Shown here in pieces: positions 11,634 through 22,645 of a stretch of DNA of 60,637 bases (positions are counted from its first letter, which is position 1; the number at the start of each line of letters is the position of its first letter). Below the pieces are notes generated by a model. The model worked only from the letters and a program-made list of their open reading frames with translations. It had not been told where the DNA came from and made no database searches. Source of the stretch: Clostridia bacterium (GTDB lineage Bacteria; Bacillota; Clostridia; TANB77; CAG-508); assembly GCA_022793905.1 (NCBI GenBank), contig JAAWDU010000034.1, positions 73,734 to 134,370 of the forward strand, read 5' to 3'. Both the position numbers and the translations under genes were made by a program.

Positions 11634-12385
11634 TTATTTTTGCAATAGTTTTCTATTTCTTAGTACCTCATACATAACTATTCCTGCTGATACTGAAGCA
11701 TTTAGTGAATTTATTTTCCCTTTCATGGGTATTTTTACAATAAAATCACAGTTTTCTTTGGTAAGTCTACTCATACCGCTTCCTTCACTACCTATTACTA
11801 TTGCAATTCCGCATACTATAATCTTGTTCATCATAATACGTATTTGTTTCCATATCTGTTCCACATATCCAAATGCCTTGATTCTTTAAATATTTTATTG
11901 TTTCATTTATATTATTTACTCTTGCAATTTTCATATGTTCTACTGCGCCTGCTGAAGTTTTTAAAACTGTTGCATTTACACTGGCAGCTCTTCTTTTTGG
12001 TATTATAATTCCATGTACCCCTGCTGTTTCTGCTGTTCTTATAATAGAGCCTAAATTATGCACATCTTCTATTCCATCTAGAATTAAAATAAAGCTTTCT
12101 TCCTTTCTTTTTTTTGCTTCTTCTAAGATGTCTTCTACACTTGCATATTCAAATGGTGGAACTATCGCAATTATTCCTTGGTGACTTCCGAGTTTCGCTC
12201 ATTTCGTCTAATTTCTTTTTCTGTATTTCAACAATTACAATTCCCATTTCCTTTGCTTTTGCTATCACCTTTGTGATACTTCCATGTTTTTCTCCAACTT
12301 GTACAAATATCTTATTTATATCTTTCTTACTTGTTAGAAGTTCCATTACAGCATTTCTTCCTTCTACTTGTCCTCTATCTTCCAC
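11634..12385 (-). CDS. rlmB: TrmH/SpoU-family 23S rRNA 2'-O-methyltransferase (RlmB-like); 2 CGG +1 sites
   Basis: Three track ORFs join at 12188-12190 ([10 protein letters not shown]) and 11809-11811 ([16 protein letters not shown]). 250 codons. Confidence 0.8.
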
Positions 12386-12540
12386 ATTTTACCTCCGTTT
12401 TGTTTTTATCATTATATCACGAATATTTTAATTTTACAAACATTAAATTATATTTAATTTTATTTTAATCAATTCTTAAAGTATTTTTTTAGGTTTTAGG
12501 GTAAAATTAAGTTATAAATCATTTTAGAAATGAGGTATCT

Positions 12541-13320
12541 ATGAAAAAGAAAAAATTTAAAATTGGTTATAAAAAGTTTTTTATGAATTTTATGTTGCCT
12601 TTGGCTTGTATCTCTTTAATTTTATATTTTGCATTAACTAAATCAAGTGTTTTTAACACTTCTGTTTCTGCTATTTCAAATACATTCTCTGGTTATTCTA
12701 GTAAAAATGTAAATAATTATAATAATGTAAAAATCGCTACTAACCCTGATTATCATGGAACTGGTCAAACTTTAACTTCTGGTGATGGTTATTCTACTAC
12801 TTTTACTACAAAGACTGGAAAAACTTATATTGAATATAAACAAAATGGCTCTGCTTCTTGGGCTAATAATCCTTATTGGAGTGAAACTATGTCAACTGAT
12901 GGCTGTGGTATAACTGCTATGTCTATTATTTTAAGTGGATTTGGGCTTGATTATAATCCTGAAAGATTGAGAGAAACTTATTTTCCTGTCCTTAAAGCAG
13001 AAAAGATTTCTTCTGAACTTACAAATTACGGTGTTAAGAATACTGACTTTTTCTATGACAGTACTCATCTCAGCAGTAATTATATTCTTTCACACCTAGA
13101 AAATAAAGGTCCAGTTCTTATTTGTGTTTGGAATAAACCTTGTGAAAATCGTTGGACAACACAATCTCACTATATGGCTCTTCTCGCTTCTGACTCAAAA
13201 GGCCTTGTATATGTTTCAAACCCAAATGGTTTAGATAATTCAAACAAATCTTCTGGTTGGTATAATTTATCTGAAGAAATCATACCGTATCTTGCTAAAG
13301 CATTATTCATAGAAGCATAA
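12541..13320 (+). CDS. Secreted papain-like/C39-like cysteine peptidase
   Basis: Intact 259-aa ORF with an N-terminal signal/anchor, a DGCGITAMSIILSGFG catalytic-Cys context and a downstream HYMALLA. RBS is GAGGT. Confidence 0.55.
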   Translation: MKKKKFKIGYKKFFMNFMLPLACISLILYFALTKSSVFNTSVSAISNTFSGYSSKNVNNYNNVKIATNPDYHGTGQTLTSGDGYSTTFTTKTGKTYIEYKQNGSASWANNPYWSETMSTDGCGITAMSIILSGFGLDYNPERLRETYFPVLKAEKISSELTNYGVKNTDFFYDSTHLSSNYILSHLENKGPVLICVWNKPCENRWTTQSHYMALLASDSKGLVYVSNPNGLDNSNKSSGWYNLSEEIIPYLAKALFIEA

Positions 13321-13322
13321 TG

Positions 13323-13354
13323 AAAGTCGTGCTGTAAAATTACAGCACGACTTT
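13323..13354. terminator. Bidirectional hairpin terminator
   Basis: aaagtcgtgctgta-aaat-tacagcacgacttt, a 14-bp perfect stem between convergent genes. Confidence 0.7.
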
Positions 13355-13361
13355 GGAGAAC

Positions 13362-13814
13362 TTAAAAGCAACAAATCCTCCCAATGCGCTTTTTCTTCCT
13401 GTAAATCTCCCACTGGTCGCCACACCTAGGATTGCCGTTTCCATTCCACTTAACGAACAAGTGGTGACGCTTAGCAATCCCATAGATAATGCTGAACTGC
13501 TTGTTGCGACGCATCTCCCAGTTTTTGTGAGACTCCTCTTCTTTTTCCCTTTCTTCGGGATGCTCCAGATACCACTGTTCCACCAGAGCTCTGTATTCAG
13601 CAATCTTACTCTTTCTATCGTCCGTGGTGGTGTTCTTGAGGAACTCCGACAAGGTCGGGCGCTTGGAAATGTAGCAATCCGCATACGGGTAAAGCCAGTT
13701 TACCATAACCTTCCTACATGCCTTAGAAAGGTCTTTCGTCTCGTTTCCAAAGAGACTCTCTAGCGAGATTTGCTCATCTTGGGGTAGGAAACTAATGATT
13801 ATAACGCTCTCCAT
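13362..13814 (-). CDS. Hypothetical protein on a GC-rich islet next to tRNA-Gln
   Basis: Intact 150-aa ORF with RBS AAGGAGG. Counted stretches are about 50% GC against about 30% for the flanks. I recognise no family. Confidence 0.5.
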   Translation of the reverse strand: MESVIIISFLPQDEQISLESLFGNETKDLSKACRKVMVNWLYPYADCYISKRPTLSEFLKNTTTDDRKSKIAEYRALVEQWYLEHPEEREKEEESHKNWEMRRNKQFSIIYGIAKRHHLFVKWNGNGNPRCGDQWEIYRKKKRIGRICCF

Positions 13815-13953
13815 TTTTCCTCCTTGTGCATTAGCACTTTCTTAAAAGTTTTTCGTTAATGTCTTGGAGCAACAACGCTTGTATATTATTATTATATCAT
13901 CATTTACATAAAAATGCAACTTTGCTAGGCAAAATTACTCTTATAAGGGAAAT

Positions 13954-14028
13954 TGGCTGGGGTAGTAAGATTCGAACTTACGCATCGATGGGTCAGAGCC
14001 ATCTGCCTTACCGCTTGGCTATACCCCA
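13954..14028 (-). tRNA. tRNA-Gln (anticodon CTG)
   Basis: The reverse complement tggggtatagccaagcggtaaggcagatggCTCTGACccatc...taccccagcca has a 7-bp acceptor stem, a CT-CTG-AC anticodon loop and an encoded CCA. Confidence 0.85.
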
Positions 14029-14160
14029 ATATTTAATTAATGTATTTTTATTTTACCATATTTTATTATAAAGAGCAAGATTTTCACTTTAATTATTGTT
14101 GATTTTTTTTTATATAAATGTTATCATATTATATATATGTTTTTTACTAAGGAGAAAATT

Positions 14161-15104
14161 ATGTTATTAAAGCAAGATATTGAATTTTATAGTCCAACCA
14201 TTTTAAAATCATATAATTTAGATAAAACTATGCGCTATCAGCTTGATATGCTTGGTAACTTAGATTTATTTACAAAAAGGCATAGTGAAAATGTAGCAAA
14301 TTTAACATGTAGAATGTGTGAGTATTTGCATGCTGGGAAATCTTTTACAATACATGCAACAATTAGCGCATATTTGCATGATATAGGTAAATTGTTTATT
14401 CCTCCTGAAATACTTTCTAAGCCTAATATTCTAACTGATGAAGAATTTGATATAATTAAAACACATACAACGATAGGTTATAATCTTTGTATGAAAGACC
14501 TAAAACTTCGTCCATATGCAGGTGGAGCAATATATCATCACGAATGCTTAGATGGCTCACGGATATCCAAACCGGTTTAACAAAAAAAGATATACCTTAC
14601 TATGCTCAAATAATTCATATAGCAGATGTTTTTGATGCGATTGTTACAAAAAGACAATATACAACACATGTGGATATTTCAGAAACTTTAAAAATACTAA
14701 TTAGAGACACATTACCAACACGTCAAACAGTAGCACTTGATTTACTTAGTTCGTATTCAAAACTAGGAAAAATAAACCCTAAAATACTAAGAATCCTATT
14801 TAAAGTAGTTGTAGATGATACACAATATGAAATAGCCTGTACACTTGAATATGTAACATATCTAAAAGACCAACTAAAAAGACTAAGTAAAATTCAAAAA
14901 TATGATGAGAAAATGCAAGGTGCAAGAAGGCAGTCTGAAAAAGATTACTATAAAGATTATATGCGTCTTTTATTTGAACAAGGTGAAACTTATGAAAATT
15001 ATAAACAAGTCATACAAGAATATGAATCTGCCTTAGCAGTAAAAGAAGAACTAATAAAAAAATTAGAAAAAGAAATTGCAATAATAAAAACTTTAAAAAC
15101 ATGA
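14161..15104 (+). CDS. HD-GYP domain cyclic-di-GMP phosphodiesterase; 2 CGG +1 sites
   Basis: ORFs 14137..14580 and 14487..15104 join at 14560-14562 and 14573-14575, only 13 nt apart. The result is HHECLDGS-G-YPN-G-LTKKD, which is the canonical HHExxDGSGYPxGL motif. 314 codons. Confidence 0.85.
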
Positions 15105-15114
15105 AACAAGTCAT

Positions 15115-15142
15115 GTTTCGGGCTAATCTTCAAGCCCGAAAC
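15115..15142. terminator. Hairpin between the convergent HD-GYP and mazF genes
   Basis: gtttcgggc-N9-gcccgaaac. It overlaps the last codons of mazF. Confidence 0.5.
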
Positions 15143-15473
15143 TAACTCCAAGTGCATTATTAATTTGATTAATTATACTACCATCATCAATATGTCCAAT
15201 TCTCTCCTTAAGTCTACTTTTATCAATTGTTCTAATTTGTTCAGTAAGCACTATTGAATCTGACTTAAGACCATTACTCTGAGACCCAATTTCAATATGA
15301 GTCGGAAGTTTAGCTTTTCCTGTCTGAGAAGTAATTGCAGCTGCAATTACTGTTGGACTATATTTATTTCCTGTATCATTTTGTATAATTAGTACTGGTC
15401 TTATTCCTCCCTGTTCTGACCCAACAACAGGACTCAAATCTGCATAAAACATATCTCCTCTTTTTATTACCAT
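15123..15473 (-). CDS. mazF: MazF/PemK (EndoA-type) endoribonuclease toxin
   Basis: Intact 116-aa [35 protein letters not shown]...[10 protein letters not shown], close to Bacillus NdoA. Confidence 0.85.
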   Translation of the reverse strand: MVIKRGDMFYADLSPVVGSEQGGIRPVLIIQNDTGNKYSPTVIAAAITSQTGKAKLPTHIEIGSQSNGLKSDSIVLTEQIRTIDKSRLKERIGHIDDGSIINQINNALGVSFGLED

Positions 15474-15537
15474 ATCGTTTCACTCCTACTATTACATGTA
15501 TTCTCAGATATATTTTAACTATTTGTTCTAGATATTC

Positions 15538-16158
15538 TTACATTATATCTTTCTTAGTTATTTTGTTTAAGTTTATCTCATTATATAATATGTAAACTGT
15601 CCTATTATTGTTAACATCTAAAATCTCCATTTTTGTAGGTAATTTGGTCTTTTTACTCACATATAATTTTTGGTACATTTGATATTTATTTTGATTTTTT
15701 GCAACTTTTGTCTTCAAGATAATTTCCTCATCAGTTTCCTCAAACTCATTTTCATTACCAGTTTTATAAGCATTGATAAAACTAATTAAACTTAAATTTG
15801 ATGCACTACCATTGAATCCTTCATACAAAGCATCTAAATTTAAAGCTGTATTTTCTAATCGTAAAACATCTCCATTATAAGTTATCTTAATCCCCTTAAT
15901 GCTTTCTGGTTCAACTATCTCTTGTATAAAGATATTTGGCTCAACATACTTTTGATTTATGACATATTTGTTTATGTTTTTATTGCTATTTACTTCTACT
16001 GTAATTTTTGCTTCATAAGAACTAATACTTAAAATATCAGTATCATCTGATTTACTAATATTATTGCCCAAATTGTTCTTTTTATATTCAAAAATTGCAA
16101 AAATAGCGATACTAACTAATAAAAAAATCAAAAGTAAAAAAATAATTTTTTTCTTCAT
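15538..16158 (-). CDS. Signal-anchored extracytoplasmic protein (LolA/RseB-like fold suspected)
   Basis: Intact 206-aa ORF with an N-terminal hydrophobic anchor MKKKIIFLLLIFLLVSIAIF. Confidence 0.4.
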   Translation of the reverse strand: MKKKIIFLLLIFLLVSIAIFAIFEYKKNNLGNNISKSDDTDILSISSYEAKITVEVNSNKNINKYVINQKYVEPNIFIQEIVEPESIKGIKITYNGDVLRLENTALNLDALYEGFNGSASNLSLISFINAYKTGNENEFEETDEEIILKTKVAKNQNKYQMYQKLYVSKKTKLPTKMEILDVNNNRTVYILYNEINLNKITKKDIM

Positions 16159-16230
16159 AACCCCCCTTAACTGTACTCTTCGAGTTACAATTTACCGTCA
16201 ATTACACACTACGTGCGTAATTTCCTAGAA

Positions 16231-16260
16231 TATAAAAAAATAGAAAGATTCACTCTTTCT
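16231..16260 (-). terminator. Rho-independent terminator after dusB
   Basis: On the minus strand, the stem agaaaga/tctttct is followed by a T-run. Confidence 0.55.
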
Positions 16261-16262
16261 AC

Positions 16263-17248
16263 TTATATATTCTCTGCTTCATTCAAATATTCTTTTAAAA
16301 CACTTATAAGCTCATCCTTATTTTCAATTTTATTTATCAAAACACGTACACTAGAGCTATTTTTTAACCCTTTAATATAATATGCAAGATGCTTTCTCAT
16401 TTCTCTAATGCCAGTATATTCCCCCTTTTCACATACCTCCAAATTTATATGTTTAATAATTGTATCTAAAAGTTCTTTATTTTCAGGTGCTTTAACTTCC
16501 TTAGAAGTTTGTAAATATTGAATAATATTTCTAAAAATAAAAGGATTACCAATTGCGCCTCTTGCAATCATTATTCCGTCCACACCAGTTTTTTCAAACA
16601 TTTCAAGTGCGTCATACTCATTTTTTATATTACCATTTCCAATTACAGGAATAGACAAACTATTTTTCAATTTCTTTATTGCTTCTAAATCACACTTCCC
16701 ACTAAAATACTCTTCCCTAGTCCTTCCATGTAAAGTAATTCCTGAAATTCCGAGCATTTTCTAGTCTCTTTCCGTAATTCCTCGTATACTATATTACTAC
16801 TATTCCAACCTTTTCTAATTTTTACAGTAACAGGTATAGAAACACTTTTTACAACCTCTCTTGCAATATCTTCTGCCAAATCTAAATTAAGCAAAAGTTT
16901 ACTTCCATCACCATTTTTTACAACCTTTGGAGCTGGGCACCCCATATTTATATCAATTATATCTGCAAAATCCTGTACGTACTTTCCAGCACTTCTCATT
17001 GCCTCCACATCACTACCAAAAATTTGTACAATAACAGGTTTTTTTTCGTCTTTAGTATTTAGTAAAAGCTTAGTTTTTTCATCATTATACATTATTGCCT
17101 TGCTACTTACCATTTCTGTAAAAACTGCTCCTGCTCCATATTCTTTACAAATAATTCTAAAAGCGTGGTCAGTAATTCCTGCCATTGGTGCAAGCAAAAT
17201 ATTATTATCTAATTCAACATTTCCAATTTTTAACTCATGTAAATACAT
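16263..17248 (-). CDS. dusB: tRNA-dihydrouridine synthase; 2 CGG +1 sites
   Basis: ORFs 16685..17248 and 16263..16757 join at 16772-16774 and 16750-16752, giving ...EEL-G-KRLENA-G-ISGITLHGRTREEYF. 328 codons. Confidence 0.85.
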
Positions 17249-17264
17249 TTAAACTACCTCTATT

Positions 17265-18375
17265 TTAATCGATAAATATTGCTTTTTTACGCCTTGCACT
17301 AATATTAATTAATAAACCTATACAAATAAAATTAGTAATTAGCGAACTACCACCATAACTTACAAATGGAAGCGGTACACCTGTTATAGGAAGAAGCCCC
17401 ATAGTCATTCCTATATTTTCTACCATATGGAATGCAAAAATACCTGCAATTCCAATTGCAAGATAGCTTCCTTCATCATCTTTAGACGTTTTTGAAACAT
17501 ATATTGCTCTAGTAATCATAATAACATATATAACAATAACTAAAGCCCCTACAATGAAGCCCATTTCCTCACCTATAACTGAAAATATAAAGTCAGTTGT
17601 CTTAGGATAAAGATATCCGAAGTTGTGTTTGATTCCCCATAAGAATTCCCATTCCAAACATCTTACCAGATCCAATTGCAATTTTCGATTGTATTAAATT
17701 ATATCCGCTTCCTCTTGGATCAAGTTCTGGATTCATGAATACATCAATTCTTTGCTTTGCATGATTTGGAAGCACAAAATGATACATAAGTGGCAATGCA
17801 ATAACTATTATTAATAAAACTGCAATTACATATTTTTTATCTATACCAGATGCAAAAAGCATAAATGCAATACCAACAACAAATGCCATAAGTGTTCCAT
17901 AATCTGGTTCAAGTGCTATTAGCACAATTGGTACTCCTGCTGATACACAAATTATCCCTAGTTTCCAAAATTTATTAATTTCTGTTTTTTCCCCACTTTG
18001 TAATTTAGTAATTATGTATGCCAAGAATATTATCAAAATTACTTTTGCAAATTCACTTGGCTGAATAGTATTTGTTTCAGTTATCTTAAACCAGCTTCTT
18101 GCACCATGTATTGGCTCTGTAAATAATACAGCAATAAGTGCAACAATCGCCAGTCCATACAGTACTGGTGATATTTTAGTAATTGTGTTATAGTCAACCA
18201 ATATGACTATTATCATTATGGGAATACTAATAGCTGTCCAAATTGCTTGCTTTCTGAATTCATCATATCCTGCATCTTTTGTTGAAGAAAATAATGCAAT
18301 AAACCCAATACATAGCAAAATTAGTGAACAGGCAAGTATTCCCCATTCAATATTTTTTAATAATTTTTTACCCAT
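17265..18375 (-). CDS. rodA: SEDS-family peptidoglycan glycosyltransferase RodA; 1 CGG +1 site
   Basis: Joins at 17617-17619 ([26 protein letters not shown]). 370 codons. Lies downstream of minDE. Confidence 0.85.
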
Positions 18376-18391
18376 TAATAAACCTCTTAAT

Positions 18392-18877
18392 TTAACTCTC
18401 TACTGCTTCTGGCTTGTGTCCTTCTTCATTTATTGGTTCATTTGTTTCTTCTGTATGTTCATCATTTCTTATTTCAAGATTTTCTTCTTCATGATTTTCA
18501 GTTATTTGCTCTCTTGTTTCTATTTTTACATTTTCTAGTCTAGCCATTTCAGCTTCTTTTTTCTTTTCGACTAAAATGTCATTTTTTATATTTACAATTG
18601 GAATATTTGCAAACAAAGCAGGTTCACCATTGCTTCCATCATCATTTTGTTTATTAGTTATCCTTACATCAATCTCTCTTTCGTCAACCTCAACATATTT
18701 TTTTATTACTTCGATAATCTCTTGTCTCATAAGGTCTAAAAAGTCTGCTGATACATTTGCTCTATCTTGCATTAAAACAAGATGCAACCTTTCCTTTGCA
18801 GTATCTCTAGAATTATTATTTTCTGATTTCTCCGTTTTTCCCAAATTTTTAAAAAAGTTCATTATGTTTTCAAACAT
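18392..18877 (-). CDS. minE: Cell division topological specificity factor MinE with a long acidic C-terminal extension
   Basis: Has an N-terminal MinE core ([13 protein letters not shown]...) and lies immediately downstream of minD. 161 aa, against about 90 aa for a typical MinE. Confidence 0.8.
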   Translation of the reverse strand: MFENIMNFFKNLGKTEKSENNNSRDTAKERLHLVLMQDRANVSADFLDLMRQEIIEVIKKYVEVDEREIDVRITNKQNDDGSNGEPALFANIPIVNIKNDILVEKKKEAEMARLENVKIETREQITENHEEENLEIRNDEHTEETNEPINEEGHKPEAVES

Positions 18878-18903
18878 GTTTATTCCACCAATCTATAGTT
18901 TTC

Positions 18904-19700
18904 TTATTTTTTACTAAATATGTTTTTTATCTTTGACAGGAAGCCTTTATCTCTACCGTGGTATTGTAACATCTATGTTTTCTCCTAATAATCTTTTTGC
19001 AATTTCCCTATATGCCTTTCCAGATGGTGCTTTTTTATTAGATATTACAGGTTCTCCCTTATTTGTTTGTGTAATTACATACTCATCATCTGGTACAACG
19101 CCTGTTAAGTCTATTGAAAGAAGGTCCACAATATCTTCTACATCCATCATTTCGCCTTTTTTTACCATATTAGGTCTAATTCTATTTATTATAAGTTCTG
19201 AATTTTTAAGGTCTAATGATTCAAGTAATCCAATTATTCTGTCTGCGTCTCTTATTGCAGAAATTTCAGCTGTTGTAACAACAATTGCTCTATCTGCACC
19301 CGCTACAGCATTTTTGAAACCTTGTTCAATTCCTGCTGGACAGTCAATTAGTATGTAATCAAAACTTTGCTTAAGTTCCCCGAGTTAACATCTTCATTTG
19401 GTCTTCATTTACAGCACTTTTGTCTCTTGTTTGTGCTGCTGGTAAAAGGAATAACTCATCATACCTTTTATCTTTGATAAGTGCTTGTCTTAATTTACAT
19501 CTTTCTTCTACAACATCAACAATATCATACACAATTCTGTTTTCTAATCCCATAACAACATCTAAATTTCTTAATCCAATATCAGTATCGACTAGTGCTA
19601 CCTTTTTCCCTTCTAACGCTAGAGATGCGCCTAAATTTGCAGTTGTAGTTGTTTTTCCAACTCCACCTTTTCCTGATGTTATAACTATAACTTCTCCCAT
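18904..19700 (-). CDS. minD: Septum site-determining ATPase MinD; 2 CGG +1 sites
   Basis: Joins at 19380-19382 (LT-G-ELKQSFDYILIDCPAGIE) and 18956-18958 (cca CGG tag), which yields the C-terminal amphipathic helix GRDKGFLSKIKNIFSKK. 265 codons. Confidence 0.95.
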
Positions 19701-19828
19701 TATTTCTCCTCCATATCTTAGTCAAGTTTTAAATTTATTTCAAAAAGCAAAATATATTATTAAATGTGCTTCTTTTATTTCGCTTTTATTTAACATCTTA
19801 ATATATTTTGCTTTTGTTTTTTACATAA

Positions 19829-21974
19829 TTATACACTATATCTATCTCTATCATTCAAAAAGTTTACAGATACTTCTTCATCTGTCAATGCACGATTGTA
19901 TATTCTTGCACAATAAACTGTTCCTTCTAAATAATCAGCATTTACATAGTTTCTTGATGGATTTCCTCCAATTGCAATATATGTGTTATTTGCTGGCTTT
20001 CCTATTGGTTCATTTAAAACAGTTTGTGCATAAAATGTATCACCTGACCATCTTACTTTTTGTATAGAAGCATCATAGCTACCAGACCAAGAGTATTTCC
20101 TATCAGCTGTTTTAACAGCACTTGTCATACTCTTATATGCTTTAGACGTTGCTCCAAAAATTTGAGCTCCAAGTTTCTTTCCAGATGTGAAATATATACC
20201 ATATCCTCCACCTTCAACATTAGCTATTACATACTGAGTTTTAGACCTCATTTTTGCACTTGCAACAGCTTCAAGAGTTACATTTTCATAATTCATCTCA
20301 GTAACCATTACACAGTCATCAACTCCATCAAACTTTAATCCTTCATTAGTCCAGCAACTATTCGTATCCATTTTTGTTAATGTTCCATTTTTATTGTTTC
20401 CACTTAAGTCCTTCCATGTTGTTGCCGTATTACTATGAGAACCTGTTCCTTGATTGTCCTTTCCATCAAACAATAATTGTAGGCCATTTGTCACATATCC
20501 TTGTGCATTAACTGCAACTGCATATTTTCCATTTGCATTATAATATGCACCATTATTACTAATCTTATAATTACTTGGTTTTATATCAATTTCTCCACTA
20601 TTAATTTTAGTAATAATACTTGAATAATTATCATTAAATACAATATCATTTTTTAGTTCATAAGTCAAGCCTTTTTCAAAACGATATGTTCTGTTTTCTT
20701 CTGAAACAGTTACATTTTCTCCTGTTCCCACTTTTGCTAACTGACTAGCTGTATATACTGGTATAACTTTTGAAGTAACAAATCTTGCTTCATCTGCTTT
20801 TTTATTAACTTCTATTTCTTCCTCACTTAACGCTCTATTATATAGTCTAATACTATATACATCCTATCATTAAAGCCTTCTTGAGCATTACTTCCTCCGT
20901 GGATTGCTATTTATTGCAAGAACTGTATTATTTATTGGTGGTTTTATTGCTCCACCTTCTGTTGTTATCGTTCCACCTTTTTTTCCATCAACATAGCAAA
21001 CATTCGATAAATTATCATAAGTCATACTAAGAGTTGTTAATTTATGTTTATTATATTTAGAAGAGTTTACTACATTATATTTTGAGCCAACATATACTTC
21101 TGTTGCAAGTGCTGTTCCACTGATACGAATTCCGTATCCTCCACCTTCCCAATTTCCTATAATGCCTCTCCATCCACTAGTATATGACCTTTCTATAAAT
21201 GCTGCTTCTAATGTTACATTATCTAAATTAAGTACTCCACAATTTACCCAATCATTAACTCCGTCAAATGATAAACAATTTGCATTCCATCCACTCACTG
21301 CACTATTTCCAAAATTTATCAATGTTCCATCTCTATTATTTCCACTTAAGTCTTTCCATGTTGTTGCAGATGTACTATGTCGCCCTGTTCCTTGATTATC
21401 TATTCCATCATAATATAATTCTAATCCATTTAATACATAACCATATTTGTTAGTTGCAATATAATACTTACTATTTTGACTATAATATTCATTATTATTA
21501 ACAACTATTTGATGATTTTGTCCGAGACCAACGTATCTCACTATTCTTTATCATATTCCCTATTTTTTCATAATTTCCACTATATGATATATCATTTTGT
21601 AGTACATATTCTTTTCCTTTTTCAAAAGAATATGCAACACCATCAATCTCTATCACTTCTCCACTACCTATTTTATCCAAATGAACTGCTGTCTTAATTG
21701 GTACTGTATCTGGGTATGTTACTGGTGGACTAGTTGGTGTTGGTGTTGGTGTAATTATTCCTCCTGAGCCATTTCCACCTAGGTTTTCATATATTTCATT
21801 CATATTCTTTACATCTTCACCATAAATATCCATTATTTGTTCTTGCGCTTGTAAAACTGTCACTTGATAATTTGAGCTTGACCAATATATTCTCATTAAT
21901 ATTGTCATACAAAATATAAATGCTACTATTACAAATACTGAAATCGAACCTTTTTCAGAGTTTGTTTTCTTCAT
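19829..21974 (-). CDS. Surface protein with a TadE-like N-terminal anchor, a TP-rich linker and two LamG/concanavalin-like modules; 2 CGG +1 sites plus one non-CGG frameshift
   Basis: ORFs 21498..21974, 20888..21541 and 19829..20731 (plus the open stretch 20732..20850) join at 21522-21524 and 20897-20899. They also need a 2-nt (TA) correction near 20854-20859. The two modules are paralogous (..TWKDLSGNN.NGTL.. / ..RIYNRAL..EE.). Confidence 0.65.
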
Positions 21975-22067
21975 AAGTTTCCTCCAAAATTTTTATATTT
22001 TTTATTATATCCTATATATCAATTTTATTCAAGTTTTTTAATGATTTTTTTTAACTTTTTTCTTTTT

Positions 22068-22636
22068 CTATCCTATATATCCTCTTGATTTCATGCTTTC
22101 TTCTATTTCTGATGTTCTCTTTAATATATTAGTAATTAGTGGAAGTAAAAAAACATTTGGTTTTTTTAAAAAATTTTTAAAATTAAATTTAAACCCTTTT
22201 GATAAAAGGGAATATTTCAAGTTTTGAATTTCTCTTTGCAAAATAGGAATAAATGCTAATGAGATTGAAACAATTATTCCGAATTTCTGTAGCATTAATT
22301 TTAAAAATTTTAAGTGGAAATAAAATCTTTTCTATTCCAAATGCAATTTTTCTAGGAGTCATATTTTCAGAAAAAATGTATGTAATACTAGAAACTAAAA
22401 TAAGTCTTACCGAAATTAATATTCCAAGATTTACATCCCCTAAAATAATATTTATTATACCGAACAAATAAAATAAAAGGTAAAATTTTTGTTAAAAATG
22501 TAAGAAGTTTCCTATATTTCACTTTAAAAATCAAAGTAAGCACAAAATTAATTAAAAATATACACCCTAAAACTCCAAAATCTTTTATAAAAAATATCAA
22601 GCTTGAATATACTAAAAACACTATAATTTGTAACAT
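22068..22636 (-). CDS. ecfT: ECF transporter transmembrane (T) component, short form; 2 CGG +1 sites
   Basis: Three track ORFs join at 22460-22462 and 22279-22281. 189 codons. Follows ecfA. Confidence 0.7.
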
Positions 22637-22645
22637 TTTTTCCCC

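Noticed and set aside
19420-20067. Long antisense or overlapping ORFs in the track (for example 365..730, 3796..4197, 9356..9712, 11190..11549, 13353..13763, 18933..19358, 19420..20067, 31564..31884 and 32650..33057).
   Set aside because: They are low-complexity Leu/Phe/Ser/Ile-rich shadows on the strand opposite well-supported genes. They lack RBSs and have no recognisable family signatures.
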